This document shows, one piece after another, positions 22,601 through 33,229 of a stretch of 64,000 nucleotides of DNA. Numbering within the stretch: the stretch's first letter is position 1; every line of letters begins with the position of its first letter. Source of the stretch: Chlorokybus atmophyticus (taxonomy: Eukaryota; Plantae; Mesostigma and Chlorokybus algae). Location of the stretch: positions 124,001-188,000 of the forward strand of contig RHPI01002204.1 of the NCBI GenBank assembly GCA_009103225.1, given 5' to 3'. Under the pieces are notes generated by a model. The model saw only the letters and a list, made by a program, of their open reading frames with translations, was not told the DNA's origin and did no database searches. The position numbers and the translations under genes are program-made.

Positions 22601-24525
22601 CAAAGTGCACCTGATGCATTCTTGAGTTCTTCTGTGCTGAGATGGATGCCCTTGACCATCTTCTCAGCGACAAGGCGAGTGAGGTTGACGTAGCTGAGAT
22701 GCCCGAACCTTCGATGCCACAATGTTGGCGACTCCTTGTCCTTCACCACCATGGCTTGAATGTCTCTGTCTTGAGGCTGCTCCACGTGGTAGAGCCCTCC
22801 CGGATCAGCGATTCCAACCATGTGCACGACCCCATCAAGGATGACTGAGCAGCCACCCTTCCGAAATAGGATCTCCGCGCCTAAGCGCTCCGCAACCCTC
22901 ACAGAGAATAGACTCGCAATAGCCTTAGGAACATGCAGGACGTTGCGTAACAACACCTCGCGTAGTGTGTTACCAACCTTGCACTGGAGTCGTACGTTGC
23001 CAACTCCCTCAGCCACCAGTACTTCGCCACCGAAGCCCGCCACCTTGATTGTGGACGTCAGCTTCCTGTAGCCCTCCATCACCTCCTTGTTTGGTGTGAG
23101 ATGACGATCGCAGCCAGAGTCCACCACCCAGAAAGCTGTGCCCGCCCTCGAACTGGATGCAGTGAAGGCGACATGTTTCTCCTTGTGTTGGTGCTCGTTG
23201 CCGCTGTTGCTGGTGCTTGCTCTAGGTTGCCCCTGTTGTTTCTTCCTACAGTCCTTCACAATGTGCCCCTTCCAACCACACCAGTGGCATGTGAGGTCTT
23301 TGTGACGAGGATTGCCTGGCTTGTTGCCCTTGTACTTCTCTTCATGGTTGCTCTTCTTTGCGTGCTTGCCGGTGTAGAAGGCGACGGCATCCGCTTGCTC
23401 GTCCTTCTTCACAACCCTCTGCTCCACGGTGAGCAGCTTCGGTAGCACATCGTCCAACGTCAACTCCGATGATGACGTCTCCAGCAGGGTTGCGACGACC
23501 TCGTACTCTGCTGGTAGCCCTGCAACAATGGCCAGCACTACCTCCGTCTCCCCCATGTTGTGGCCGACGTTGATGAGGTCCGCCCACAGCTCTCTCGCGC
23601 GCGCAACATACTTTGTGATGGGTTCTGCTCCCTCCTTCCTGAGTGCGCTGAGCTGCTTGCGTAGATGCAACTTTCTGGCATTGTTCTTGGCTATGAAAAC
23701 GGCTGATAGCTTTTCCCAAGCTTGTCTACCATCTTCACATGCAGTGAGCATGGGAAAGTGATGCGGTTTGCTATTCAACACAAGCAAAGAGTGTGCTTCT
23801 GCTGAATGCTCTGACCACACAGTGTTCGCTCCTGGTGTTGGTGGTGGTGCCTTCGGATCAACGTACTTCCACACCTTCTTGTGGATGAGCAAGGCCTTCA
23901 TCTCCACGCACCATGTGTTGTAGTTGTCGGTGTCCAGCTTTGCAATCTGCCCCTTGTCGTAGGTCGCCTCCATCTTTGTCGAGCCTGCCTTTCTTGCAGT
24001 TGACACCCAAGGCTCTGCTACCAACAAGCTACCGTAGTGTAGAACTACTATGCACACAAGCTAGTCTCACACTCCTCAAGCGTAGTGTGGGCCCATAACC
24101 TGTTGAAGGACTAGCATGCACATGTAGCTGAGGCAAGCATGGATGCACAGAGACAGAGCTACCGCCACCAGAGCATACACAGGTCACATCACATTCATCT
24201 ATTACAAGTTGTCCGCTGGTTCTTATACCAGCCAGTTACACACACGTCTACGTTTGCAAGCACTGCGTAAGCTATACTCAGCCTTTTGACGCGCTCTAAG
24301 CTGTGTTGTCTTTCTTACAACCAGAGCTTTCCAACAAGCTCTTACACGCCTAATATGAGTAAGTATACGCGGAGATACGAAGCAGTTAGTAAGGCTCCAG
24401 TCTGGAGTCCGGAGTCTGGTCCGACGATGCCATCTTGCTAAGTCCGGACCTAGTGCTCGTCCTTACGACCTTCTACTCCTGTGTGGAGGGTCGATGCTGA
24501 TCGTATGTAGGAATGACTCTCAACA
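19620..24525 (-). mobile_element. Copia A3, structurally intact (4906 bp)
   Basis: LTRs 19620-20043 and 24101-24525 (about 3 differences). TSD GGACT. PBS 24089-24100. PPT present. Confidence 0.98.
20086..23973 (-). CDS. gag-pol: Intact Copia gag-pol polyprotein, 1295 aa from the first ATG
   Basis: MEATYDKG.. through CCHC knuckle, DSG protease, GAG-pre-integrase (LWHRRFGHL), HMDVC/SDRGGEY integrase, YVDD RT and DSDFAGD RNase H. No stops. Confidence 0.98.
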   Translation of the reverse strand: MEATYDKGQIAKLDTDNYNTWCVEMKALLIHKKVWKYVDPKAPPPTPGANTVWSEHSAEAHSLLVLNSKPHHFPMLTACEDGRQAWEKLSAVFIAKNNARKLHLRKQLSALRKEGAEPITKYVARARELWADLINVGHNMGETEVVLAIVAGLPAEYEVVATLLETSSSELTLDDVLPKLLTVEQRVVKKDEQADAVAFYTGKHAKKSNHEEKYKGNKPGNPRHKDLTCHWCGWKGHIVKDCRKKQQGQPRASTSNSGNEHQHKEKHVAFTASSSRAGTAFWVVDSGCDRHLTPNKEVMEGYRKLTSTIKVAGFGGEVLVAEGVGNVRLQCKVGNTLREVLLRNVLHVPKAIASLFSVRVAERLGAEILFRKGGCSVILDGVVHMVGIADPGGLYHVEQPQDRDIQAMVVKDKESPTLWHRRFGHLSYVNLTRLVAEKMVKGIHLSTEELKNASGALCEPCLVAKQHAMPFPSSSSSSQHPCELVHMDVCGPMRIVAKGGARYFATFLDDYSKLSIIFPLTLKSEVAGAVRTVVALLETQSGNKMKAMRSDRGGEYINKELKEFFASKGIRHETTAPYTPQQNGAAERLNRTLLERVRAMLNDTKMEDSLWKEAVLTANYIRNRSPVSSEQKTPWEHFYGATPDVSGMRVFGCTAYALVPKQLRHKLEPVSKKGIFVGYEPGSKAYRILLEDTQKIIVSREVVFHEGLSQPEAGFFPEDEAQPEHPETVEATGKAIIDDKGEQDSTVADKQSHLQQEHAARRYPVRERKAPDFLHKAHVASVQNEEPSTYEEALLAPDAEQWQRAMDEEIASLHANNTWSLEQLPQGVKTIPVKWVFKVKRDGQGNIERYKARLVAKGFLQQEGVDFNEVFAPASKHTTFRALLAMVAAEDLELHHLDVKTAFLYGELEEEIFIEQPPGYEEGERGTACKLIKALYGLRQAPRMWHIKLTKELEALGFTASSADPGLFIHADNKVWLLVYVDDIIITARQVHHLQETKLALQQAFSVRDLGEAKWFLGMVIERDRAARTIKISQEQMVRRLVTKFGLTEAKTKTTPLALGTALIKAKDEEVLDKAQYPYGELVGSMLYLAVCTRPDVAHAVGVLARYMSAPSMEHWRAAKGVLRYVAGSATVGIKFGSGSTELEGYCDSDFAGDLNSRRSTTGYVFKLNGGVVSWNSRLQPTTAASTSEAEYMAAAAAVKEALWLRKLMADLEHPMACIVINCDNQGAIKLLKHPIASARTKHIDVMHHFVRDRVTRKEVEFQYCNTEGMLADFMTKPLSPLKFKTCCAGLGICV

Positions 24526-25720
24526 GGACTTGCTGGGTGTTGGCCACGAGCTCAAGGAAGTTGAGGTGGTGTGGGCTGTGCTCTCAGGTTTGCCCAAAGA
24601 GTACAGGGTTGTTGTCACTATCTTGGAGTCTGGGAAGGAGGACTTGTCAATGGATGGGGTGACACCAATGCTTCTTCAAGAAGAGCAGCGCTTGAGGAAG
24701 GAGGACGATGATGGGGAAGGAGCACCTGGAGGTGCTATGGCATTCACGTCATCATTGAAGCATCATGTGAGGAAGGGCGTTCGAGGCATCAACGTGGAGT
24801 GTTGGCACTGCGGGGAGCGTGGTCACATCAAGATGAAGTGTCCCAAGTTGAAGAAGGCTGATGGTGAGCATCGAGCGGTTGCTTTTCATGCATCGGATGA
24901 GGGAGCGGAGTATCCTGGGTGGGTGCTGGACACGGGAGCGAACAGACACCTTACGAGCGACAGGAGCAAGCTCACCAACCTCACTCCCTTACCTGAGCCA
25001 GTCACGGTGGATTTTGGGAACCGGCAGATGCTGAAAGCTGTTGCAAAGGGAGATGCCAATCTGAGGTGCAAGGTTGGTTGTATGGTGAAGGAGGTTGTGC
25101 TAAGGGATGTACTGTATGTGCCAGGTGCATGTGCTAGTTTGTTCTCAGTACGTAGAGCCACAATAGTTGGTGCAAGGGCTGTGTTTGATGCGGACAAGGC
25201 TCGTATAGAGCTTGGCGGTGACACGCATGTAGTAGGCATCAACAGGGGTGGACTCTACTACGTGGAGGAGGACGGTGCGCACAAGGTTGTTGCAAGGACA
25301 AGCGTGGTCGAGAAGACAGCGTTTAAAACTCCACAAGGTCATGGCAACAAGGAGGAGGCACAGAAGGTTGCTGTCACAAGGAGCTCGGAGCCCGTGGGAG
25401 CTGCAAGGAGCTACCAGGAAGCGCTGGCGAGCAAGGTGCAGCAAGTGAAGGTTAGCAAGGAGCATGTGCATCAAGAGCAGCACAGAGATAAGGGCAAGAA
25501 GTTGAAGGCCAACCAAGGGGCTCGAGTTGCTGTGAAGGACAAGGTGTTCTCTACAAACAAGTTTCAAGCTTTGGTGGGAAGCGTGGAGGAGCTGGAGCAA
25601 GAGGAGGTAAAGAGCTTCTATGCCATCGTTCGGAAGAAGAGAAGCAAGGATTGCGAATATGTTGGAGGTGTTGAAGACCAAGCTGCCCGCGTGGGAGTGT
25701 TGAAGGTATCACATGGGTGA
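24526..25720 (+). CDS. C1 gag C-terminus, CCHC knuckle, protease and a novel tail reading into the 3' LTR
   Basis: CWHCGERGHIKMKC, WVLDTGANRHL and GGLYYVEE. Then ARSYQEAL (RT-start-like) and an unrelated tail up to the PPT. Confidence 0.88.
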
Positions 25721-26114
25721 TGCTTGTATCCGGTCAGCTTGCCCTCTACACAAGAGTCGAGAGTCGAAGGTATGGGCTGAGCACGTGGACTCCGGACTTA
25801 GCAAGATGGTCGAGCCAGGACGGACTCCGGACCAGATGCTGAGTAGAGCGTTGGGAGAAGCCGCGTAGCTTTGTGGATACGTAAGCTTAGCAGGCGTGGC
25901 TTAGCTTGTTGGAAAGCTCTAGTCGTGAGCTAAACAGCGCAACTTAGAGCGCGTTGAAAGGCTGAGTATTGCGCACGCGGTGCTTACAAATGTAGACGTG
26001 TGTAGAAACTGGCGGGGTATAAAACCCCTGGACTTGTATGGCATTAATGGCAGTAGCAGTCATGCTCTTGTGTTGATGTTGTTGGCGTGTCACTTGCACG
26101 TGCGTATGTCAACA

Positions 26115-28552
26115 GTGTCAGATACTGAAGATGAAAGATGGTGGCATCTTGGGCTGCCGCAGATGCTGGTGTAAGGCCCAGCCCTACATGGAAGAAGCCC
26201 AAATGCCTGTAAAGCGCAAGGCTGCTCCAGAGTCCGACGACGAGCAGGTGTCTGCTTGCAAGAAGCAGAAGGCTGTTACCAAGTACAGCAGCCAGGCAAA
26301 GTCTGCTAGCAGGAATAAGAAGCAGGCGGCTGAGAAGAAGAAGAAAAAGAAGAAGAAGAAGCAACCTGCCAGCAAGAAGCGTGCTGCTGCATCAACCAGC
26401 AATGGTCCAGCTGGTCCTAGCAACTCCCAAGCAGTGGAGCTCAACACCTACCAGAAGAAGGTCTACCGCTACGATCAGAACTTCATGCACTCAAAACATC
26501 CATAGCCCGAGAGAAGAACAGGAGACTCTGACCAACATTGATAAGCTGGAGACTGCTGCTACCCCTGCTATTGGAACACAAATCAGCATGGAGACAGGTG
26601 TCACAGGCAGGAGCCAACTGTGGCGCCTCTACCATGCCTACGGCTTTAGCCCACTCAAGGACGTGGTGTACGACGTCATGCACACCTTGTGTGAAGGTCT
26701 AGTGAAGGGCCTCTGCCATGCAGTTTTTGCAAAGGGAGCGCACGAAAGGGTGGTGGATGTTCCCTTGGTGGAGGCCAGGCTTAAGGACTTCACTGCAGCC
26801 TTGATCAAGGAAATGCGATCCGGGCGCTCTCCAAAGGGGATTACAAACAGGCTGGGCTGGTGGAAGGCAGAAGACTACCAGAAGTTTATGCAGGTGTTTG
26901 CACCTTACGTGACAACGGGCTTGCTGACTTCGCACATGCGCGACGTCTTCATGTCCTTACACAAGCTCATCTGCCTGTTCTATCGCCACTCCCGCTTCAA
27001 TGGCTGGACCGAAGACACCCTCAGACTGGCAGACAGCTTACTGCGTTACTGGCGTATCAACTCAGAAGAATGCTTTGGCCACAACTTGAGACCTCTAAAG
27101 CATGCTGCTGGAACAGGTCATCTGCTGGATGATATCTTCCGCCACGGCAGCCATGATGTGTACTGGTGCTACATCGTTGAGCGTGCTGTCTCAGATCACT
27201 TGGAGACCAGCACCAACAACAAAGAGTATGAGTTCAGCTACATACATCGTCACGTACGCTTGTGGTACGAGCGGCTGCTTACTGTCTTGCGCGAAGACCA
27301 GCGCACGGGCATGGTCTTTGCAACACGCGTTCAGCTGCAGTTGCGGTCCCATCGCGTGTTCAACGGTGTTGGAGGTTTCTGGTACGAAGCGCCCAGCCAA
27401 AGCAAGGCCTTGGAACTCTGGAAGAAGGCTGAGACGTGTCCACACCGGTCTGAGTCACAAGACATTCTTGCTCGAGGCATACTTATTGGCCAGCTGCCAG
27501 GTCAACCCACACCACTAAGCTCATAGCGGTTTGAGATGGTCAGCAGGCACATCAGAGCAGATGCTAGGCATCTCGTGCAGAATATGGCTTACCACTACAA
27601 GGCTGTGCTGCTTAATGGTGAGATTCACAGGTTAGATTGCTTGCTATTGTTGTCCTCACACGTGCTGTTGTGCTTGCTGTCTGATGCTACCAAGCTTTGT
27701 GTTCTACTGTGCAGAATAGAGTCGCCCCTAGGCATTGATAACGTTGTAACGGACGACCACAGTTACATTGCTGTGAAGCAAGTATTTGTGCATATCTACA
27801 AGAAGAAGCCTCAAGTCTTCATTGCTGGTCGCCAATACGTCATGTACACAGACACAGCTGGTGCCTTGTACCGTGACCTTGACACAAGGTCGGCCCTAGT
27901 GAAGGCTTTGAGCTCCGACGAAGTATGAATTCCAGCTGACAGACTCCTGCGAAAGTTCATGCTGCTGCCCAGTCGGCAGACCAAAGCTGGTTCCAAGGCT
28001 GACAGAGCTCCGCAACTAGCATATGATCTGCAGAACCCTGACCTGCATGTCAAGGCCGGTGATGTTGATGTCCCCATCTGGCCTACAGTCGGCGAGGTGG
28101 TGCAAATATGCGATCAAGCCAAGTCCGTTTGGGACTTGAAGTTGCCCACAGAACCTGCAAACGAGTTCTGCATGGAGTTGCAGGAGCAACTCAACGACAG
28201 CAATGCACGCGCAACCCAGCAGCCACGTCGCAGTAAGAGAGCAAACACGCGCAAGGCACCTGCCGTGGATAAAGACTCACAAGAAGACGCCTGCGACGAG
28301 GATGATCCCGGACCTTGGTATGATGTGGTTAGGAACATATTAGAGGAGGACAAGCAGGTTGAGGTCGATTACCTTGCACGCATCGCGCCCGGTGTCTGGA
28401 GGGTAAACGACAACCACACTGGCGAAGTTGTCGAGAGGCTTACCTTGTGCAAGCTCATGCATTGGGTCAAGCTTGATCATGATACTTGGCGCGAGCAGGG
28501 CCGGTCCTACCCTCACATCAGCAAGTTTCGCAACTACCATGTGTACGCGTGA
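26115..28552 (+). pseudogene. tnpD: CACTA transposase part 3 (with introns and a frameshift near 26505)
   Basis: Continues DHPAQC-QILKMKDGGILGCRRCW across the TSD. GVTGRSQLWRL..VVYDVMHTLCEGLVK, WWKAEDYQKF and HLLDDIFRHG..YWCYIVERAV (DUF4218-like). Confidence 0.88.
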
Positions 28553-28675
28553 TTAAGGTGAGCTGTGCCTTGGCATGCAGTCTAGTATTAAGCAGAAAAG
28601 GGCTTGCATATATGTACAGCAGCATCACTTTAAGTCGCTCCTAAGCCACGCAATCTACACATAACTATCACCAAA

Positions 28676-30259
28676 CTAGTGCGTGTTGCAGCGTGGAGGA
28701 CCACCTCGTCGTCTCGTTGGAGGTTCAGCTTCTTGTCCGCCAGTGGACTCTGCTGAAGATCCATGCATGACCAGCGAGAAGCCCCTACCTCTACCTCTGT
28801 GCCCATGTCCACGTGGAGCTGAAGGCAGCAGAGCAGGACGAGCAGCTGGAGGTGTAGTATCCTCGGGAATCGCATGCAAAGGCATGGCTCCTCTACCTCC
28901 AGCTCCCCTACCAGTATGGCCACGTCCACTGTGAGGAGGAGGCAGCAGAGCGGGAATAGCAATGAGAGGTGAAGAAGGCATTGGAACTGCTTCCAATGCT
29001 TGAGGCACAACGTAGGTTGGAGACCCTTGCAACCTATTGAGCTGTGCGCGGTAAGCTGTGATCTCTCTCTCTCGCTCTTGAAGCTGTGCCATGTACCTCT
29101 TGATCTGCCTGTCACGCTCCTCTACCTGTTCCTTGACTAACTCCGACATGTTGCTCCGCCACGCCTGCAACGTCGTGATCTGCCTGACACACTCCTGGTA
29201 CCTCTGTTGCAGATCTGACATTTGCCTCATGAGGTCAATGTCTTGCACTGGGTTTTGTGGGGGTGCTGGCACTATTTGCTGCTGCTGCTGCGCTAGATAC
29301 TCCTCTAGCGCGAGGAATGCATTTCCCGGGGGAACCCCCAGCACCTCCTCCTCCTCCTGCTCCTCATCCTCGCCGGCTTCTGCAACCACAGCAACCGATC
29401 ACCTTTCACAAGCTCACAAGCAGGTAATCTCCACCTTTCTGAGCTAATCTTACCGGACCTACCCTCCATGTGTTCTTGGAATTCGACTTCTTTCTCTTGC
29501 TAACACACATAAACAAGCTCAGTCTCTCCTACAGTCTCTCCTACAGTCTCTCCTGCAGTCTCACACATTCACAGATAAAAGCTTCCGAGCAGGAGTTGTC
29601 GTGGCAGCAAGAGCGAGAGCTGTCGTGGCAGCGGGAGCGGGTTTGTTCTCCTCGTCCTCGTCACTGGAAGCTTGTTCTCCCTGCTCTTGTTCTTCCGACT
29701 CAGTTGAAGTAGCGGCCGGTGAAGGCTGTGAGGTTCCCGCAGCAGAATCTGAAGGCTGTGGGGCCACGGTCACCCCTAATAGCGCAGCCTCCTGCTGTAG
29801 CCGTAACAGCGCCTCCTCCCTCTTTTTTTTCTCCTCCTGCTCCCTCCTTCTTCTTGTCTCCTCCTCCAGCCTCCTCTTCCGCTCCTCCGCCTGCTGCTCC
29901 TTTTCATCCTCTTCATCCTCCGGCGTCTTCAAGACGATTCCTAAGCGCGCAGCCTCTTGTCTCTTCCTCTCCTCCTCCTCCTTCTTCTTTCTCTCCTCCT
30001 CCTCCTGCCTTTTCCTTTCTGCCTCCTCCTCCTGCCTCCTCCTCTCCTCCTCCAGCTCCTGCTGGCTCTTCGCCTCCACCTCCATCGCCTCGGGTCCCGG
30101 GAGAGAATGGAAGCTACTTGTTGAAGCTTGTTGAAGACCACCCGCCAGCATACGCCTGATCTCCAAGAGGTGCTGCTCATTGATCTTTACGGTGTTATGG
30201 GTCTCGCGCAGCAGAGCTGAGGGAGTGTTTGCCTCTTTGCGTAATCTGTCCTCCAGCAC
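28676..30259 (-). CDS. Putative antisense gene inside the CACTA: charged/coiled-coil low-complexity protein, probably spliced
   Basis: Two long ORFs: 232 aa of E/R/K-rich repeats, and 237 aa with a heptad-like stretch and a Pro/Gly-rich tail. Exact structure unresolved. Confidence 0.5.
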
Positions 30260-30849
30260 CTTGCGCTCTTTCTTTCATTCTTGCACAGATCACACCTAGG
30301 CTGAGCATTGCTTCGCGGATCCTTGAAGACGTGCAGAAGTTAAACAGGGATGAGCCGAGGTTGCAAGCTGAAGATGAGGAGGAGCAGGACGAGGCGGGAG
30401 CACAACTTGGGGACACAGGTGTGCTTGCTTTCGACTAGTCTGCTGCCAAGCTGCTGGTGCAACTTAGTTGCTCTTGCAGCTAAAACTCTGCTTGCTCATT
30501 GGTATGCTTTAATCTGCAGCTTCAGTCAAGTTGAAGCTGCAACTCAATTGAACCTGCGGCTTGGCTGAAGCTGCAGCTTGAGTAAAAGCTTCATATCGGC
30601 TTTCTGCCAAGCAGAGCCTCAGCCAAGCCGCAGCTGTAGTTTAGCTGAAGTGGTAGGTTGGGTGAAGCTCTACTTGCTTTGCTGTATTTTGTACGCTTCG
30701 GTCTGCAGCTTCAGTCAAGCAACAGCGGTAGCCAAGCCGCAATTGCAACATAGCTGAAGCTTCAGCTTGGCTGAAGCTCTGCTTGCTTTGCTCTCTTTTG
30801 CAAGTGCCATGCGCTGACTGTTGGCCTTGTGCACAGGAGCTGTTGATGA

Positions 30850-32569
30850 AGTTAACTGTGAAGAGGAGTCAGAGGCAGTCAAGAAGGCAAAGCTGAAGGA
30901 AAAGTGCTTTGCCCCTATCGCTGACAAGCCTGGGGGACTAGCGCAAAATGGGCAAGCTTACTTGAAAAAGAAGGACGAGACACAGTGGAGAATATAGGAG
31001 GACAACCGCAAGCTTCTAAAGGAGAAGCTGTGGGCCAAGTTCCCAGACCACTGTGTTGGCAAGAGCTTCAATCGGGCCGGCCTAGATTATGACATGAGGG
31101 AGGAGGTGGTGACGGATGTAATGCAGAATCACACTCCGCTGGAGATCAACGGACAGACATTGCGCTGGTCTGCAAGTAAGAAGTCTGCGTCTGCCTATGT
31201 GCATGTGCGTCTATATGCCAGCTGCCACCTGCCAGATGTCTTGTGCTTCCTGCAGAATGGCTGCTCATTGCCTCTCGTTTGCAGAATGGATTCGTGAGCA
31301 AATCCGCCGGTTTGTGGATAATGCAAGACGGGGCCATCCATTAACGCCAGGCGAAACGGTAGGCTTGACCCGTGAGCAGCGCAAGGAGAAGATGCGCGCT
31401 GCACGCGCTGAGAAGCGCGCTGACGCAAAAGAGCCAGCTCCACGCCGCTCGCGCACAGACTACGGGCTTGGCCCAAACTTCACCGTTGCAGACTTTCCCT
31501 CCAGCCAAAATGCTGTGCTGCTTGCCTTGTTGACTGCTGAGCCGCCTTCTCAAGCGCAGCTGCGTAAGGATTGGGTGGCTTTCAGGTACGCCATTTATCC
31601 TCTTGCACAAGGCTTTGCACCCGCACTCGTAAGGAATTCAAATGCGGCTGGTGCTGCAGACCCGCAGGAGATGCTGCAAGCACCAGCGGCAGCAGCAGCC
31701 GCAGGGTTGTGGCTGTTGGGCGCGGTCAAATACTGGAGGTGCTTGAGCAAGAGACTCCTTGGCGCAGCTACAAAGTAAAGGTGCTGGAGTGGTACAACGC
31801 CAAGGGTATCGGTGATCAACGCGTCTACATGCTAGTACGTGACATGGACGGGTATGCTGGCCAGCTGACCAGGGACGAGCACTTGTGCAGCAATATCTTG
31901 GTGAGCGTAGTAGATCGTGTGCTGCGGCACAGCACATTGCAAGCGTAACTGCAAGGAAGACTATATGCGTGACATGCACTAATGCGGCTAGTTGAGTGAT
32001 GCAGGGACGCAGTTGTGCTTGGCCTGCATCCTTGGTAGCCCCGTCTGCAGTCTGCCCTTGCTCAGACTGCTCTTCAGGCGACTGCATTGCAGAAGTCACC
32101 CCAAGATGCGCTTGCGCGCTCGTGGTTGACAAGCGCGTGTAGCCAGAAGACCAGCATGACATCAATCAGAGGGTAAGAACGTTGCAATGGATTGTAACGT
32201 GCGCAGCATGCTTGCATGATGCACACTTGTAACAATTCTTGCTTGCAGATCAATCGTTGCTCTGACCACCTCATGCACTTGGCTGGCATCTGCTGCAATA
32301 CCTTTTGCGCCAATGTTCCCAAACGCGAGAGGTGTTGCTGGAGGTGTACACTTCCTGGAGGGGGACATATGGGACGCAAATTGGGAGGCTGCCGAAGGAG
32401 GACCATCTGCTTGCAAAGTTCACTGACTCGCAGATCAGTCTCATGCTTGTTACATTTGCAGTCAACAAGCGCTGGCTGGTACAGGATGACTCTGGAGAAG
32501 CACGCTATGGCTGGCACTGGAATAGTCAGGCCAAGCGACAACCCGGTCCATAATTGGGTACCAAGCTGA
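30850..32569 (+). pseudogene. Second, multi-exon CACTA ORF (TnpA-like by position), function unknown
   Basis: Protein-like blocks KLLKEKLWAKFPDH, DWVAFRYAIYP, RSYKVKVLEWYN and LLEVYTSWRG, separated by GT..AG-like segments. No family motif recognised. Confidence 0.45.
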
Positions 32570-32960
32570 AGACCTTCGCTCATCTTTCTTGCAGCAACCA
32601 GTCTACCTTGCATGCAGCTTCCTTGCAGCCGCCAGTCTAGCTTCCTGCTAAAAGTCTAACTTCTTGCTAGCAGTTTAGCTTGCTACCAGCAGTTTAGCTT
32701 CTTGGTAGCAGTTAGCTTTTTCTTGCAAACAATTGGAGCCTATTCTAGTACTAGTTAAGAGTATATGGTACAATCTAAACTCCATATAAGGTTAAGATTT
32801 CTTTGCCAGGAAAACTGCCTGCATTTGCCTGCATATGCCAGCTGTATTGTGCTGCTAATTGTGGAATAGAGATGGCTGGGCCGTTATCGGCGTGACTGCT
32901 GGTCCACCGAGGTCGACACACCAAGAGCTGTGCCGTCAACGGCACAACTGCTGCTGCTGC

Positions 32961-33229
32961 TGTGCCGAAGTCGGCAGAAGTGCTACTGTGCCAAAGACGG
33001 CAGAAGCGCTGCTGTGCAGAAGTCGGCAGAAGTGCTATTGTGCCGAAAACGGCAGGATCGTTGCTGTGCCGAAGACGGCAGAAGCGGTGCTGTGCCAAAG
33101 TCGGCAGAAGTGCTATTGTGCCGAAAACGGCATAAGCGCTGCTGTGCCGAAGACGGTGGGGTCGCAGCTGTGCCGAAGACGGCAGAAGCGCTGCTGTGCC
33201 GAAGACGTTAAAAGTACTGCTGTGCCGAG
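32961..33229. repeat. 26-bp tandem subterminal repeat, ~10.3 units
   Basis: Consensus TGTGCCGAAGACGGCAGAAGCGCTGC, starting at 32961, 32987, 33013 ... 33221. Confidence 0.95.

Larger units (their letters stand above)
18687..26114 (+). mobile_element. Non-autonomous Copia C1 (gag-protease only, ~2.5 kb) containing A3
   Basis: 417-bp LTRs 18687-19103 and 25698-26114 (one difference seen). TSD GTGTC. PBS 19104-19115. PPT GCGTGGGAG 25689-25697. No integrase, RT or RNase H motifs. Confidence 0.95.

Noticed and set aside
20086-24057. 1323-aa length given by the ORF track for A3
   Set aside because: It uses an upstream GTG; the first ATG at 23973 matches the gag start of all other copies (1295 aa).
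3278-24098. Many 60-130 aa ORFs overlapping Copia gag-pol in other frames or strands
   Set aside because: Shadow ORFs, repeated only because the elements are repeated.
32961-33229. 26-bp (and 53-bp at 49075-49390) repeats as CRISPR arrays
   Set aside because: Units are contiguous with no unique spacers, no cas genes are present, and the context is eukaryotic transposon subtermini.
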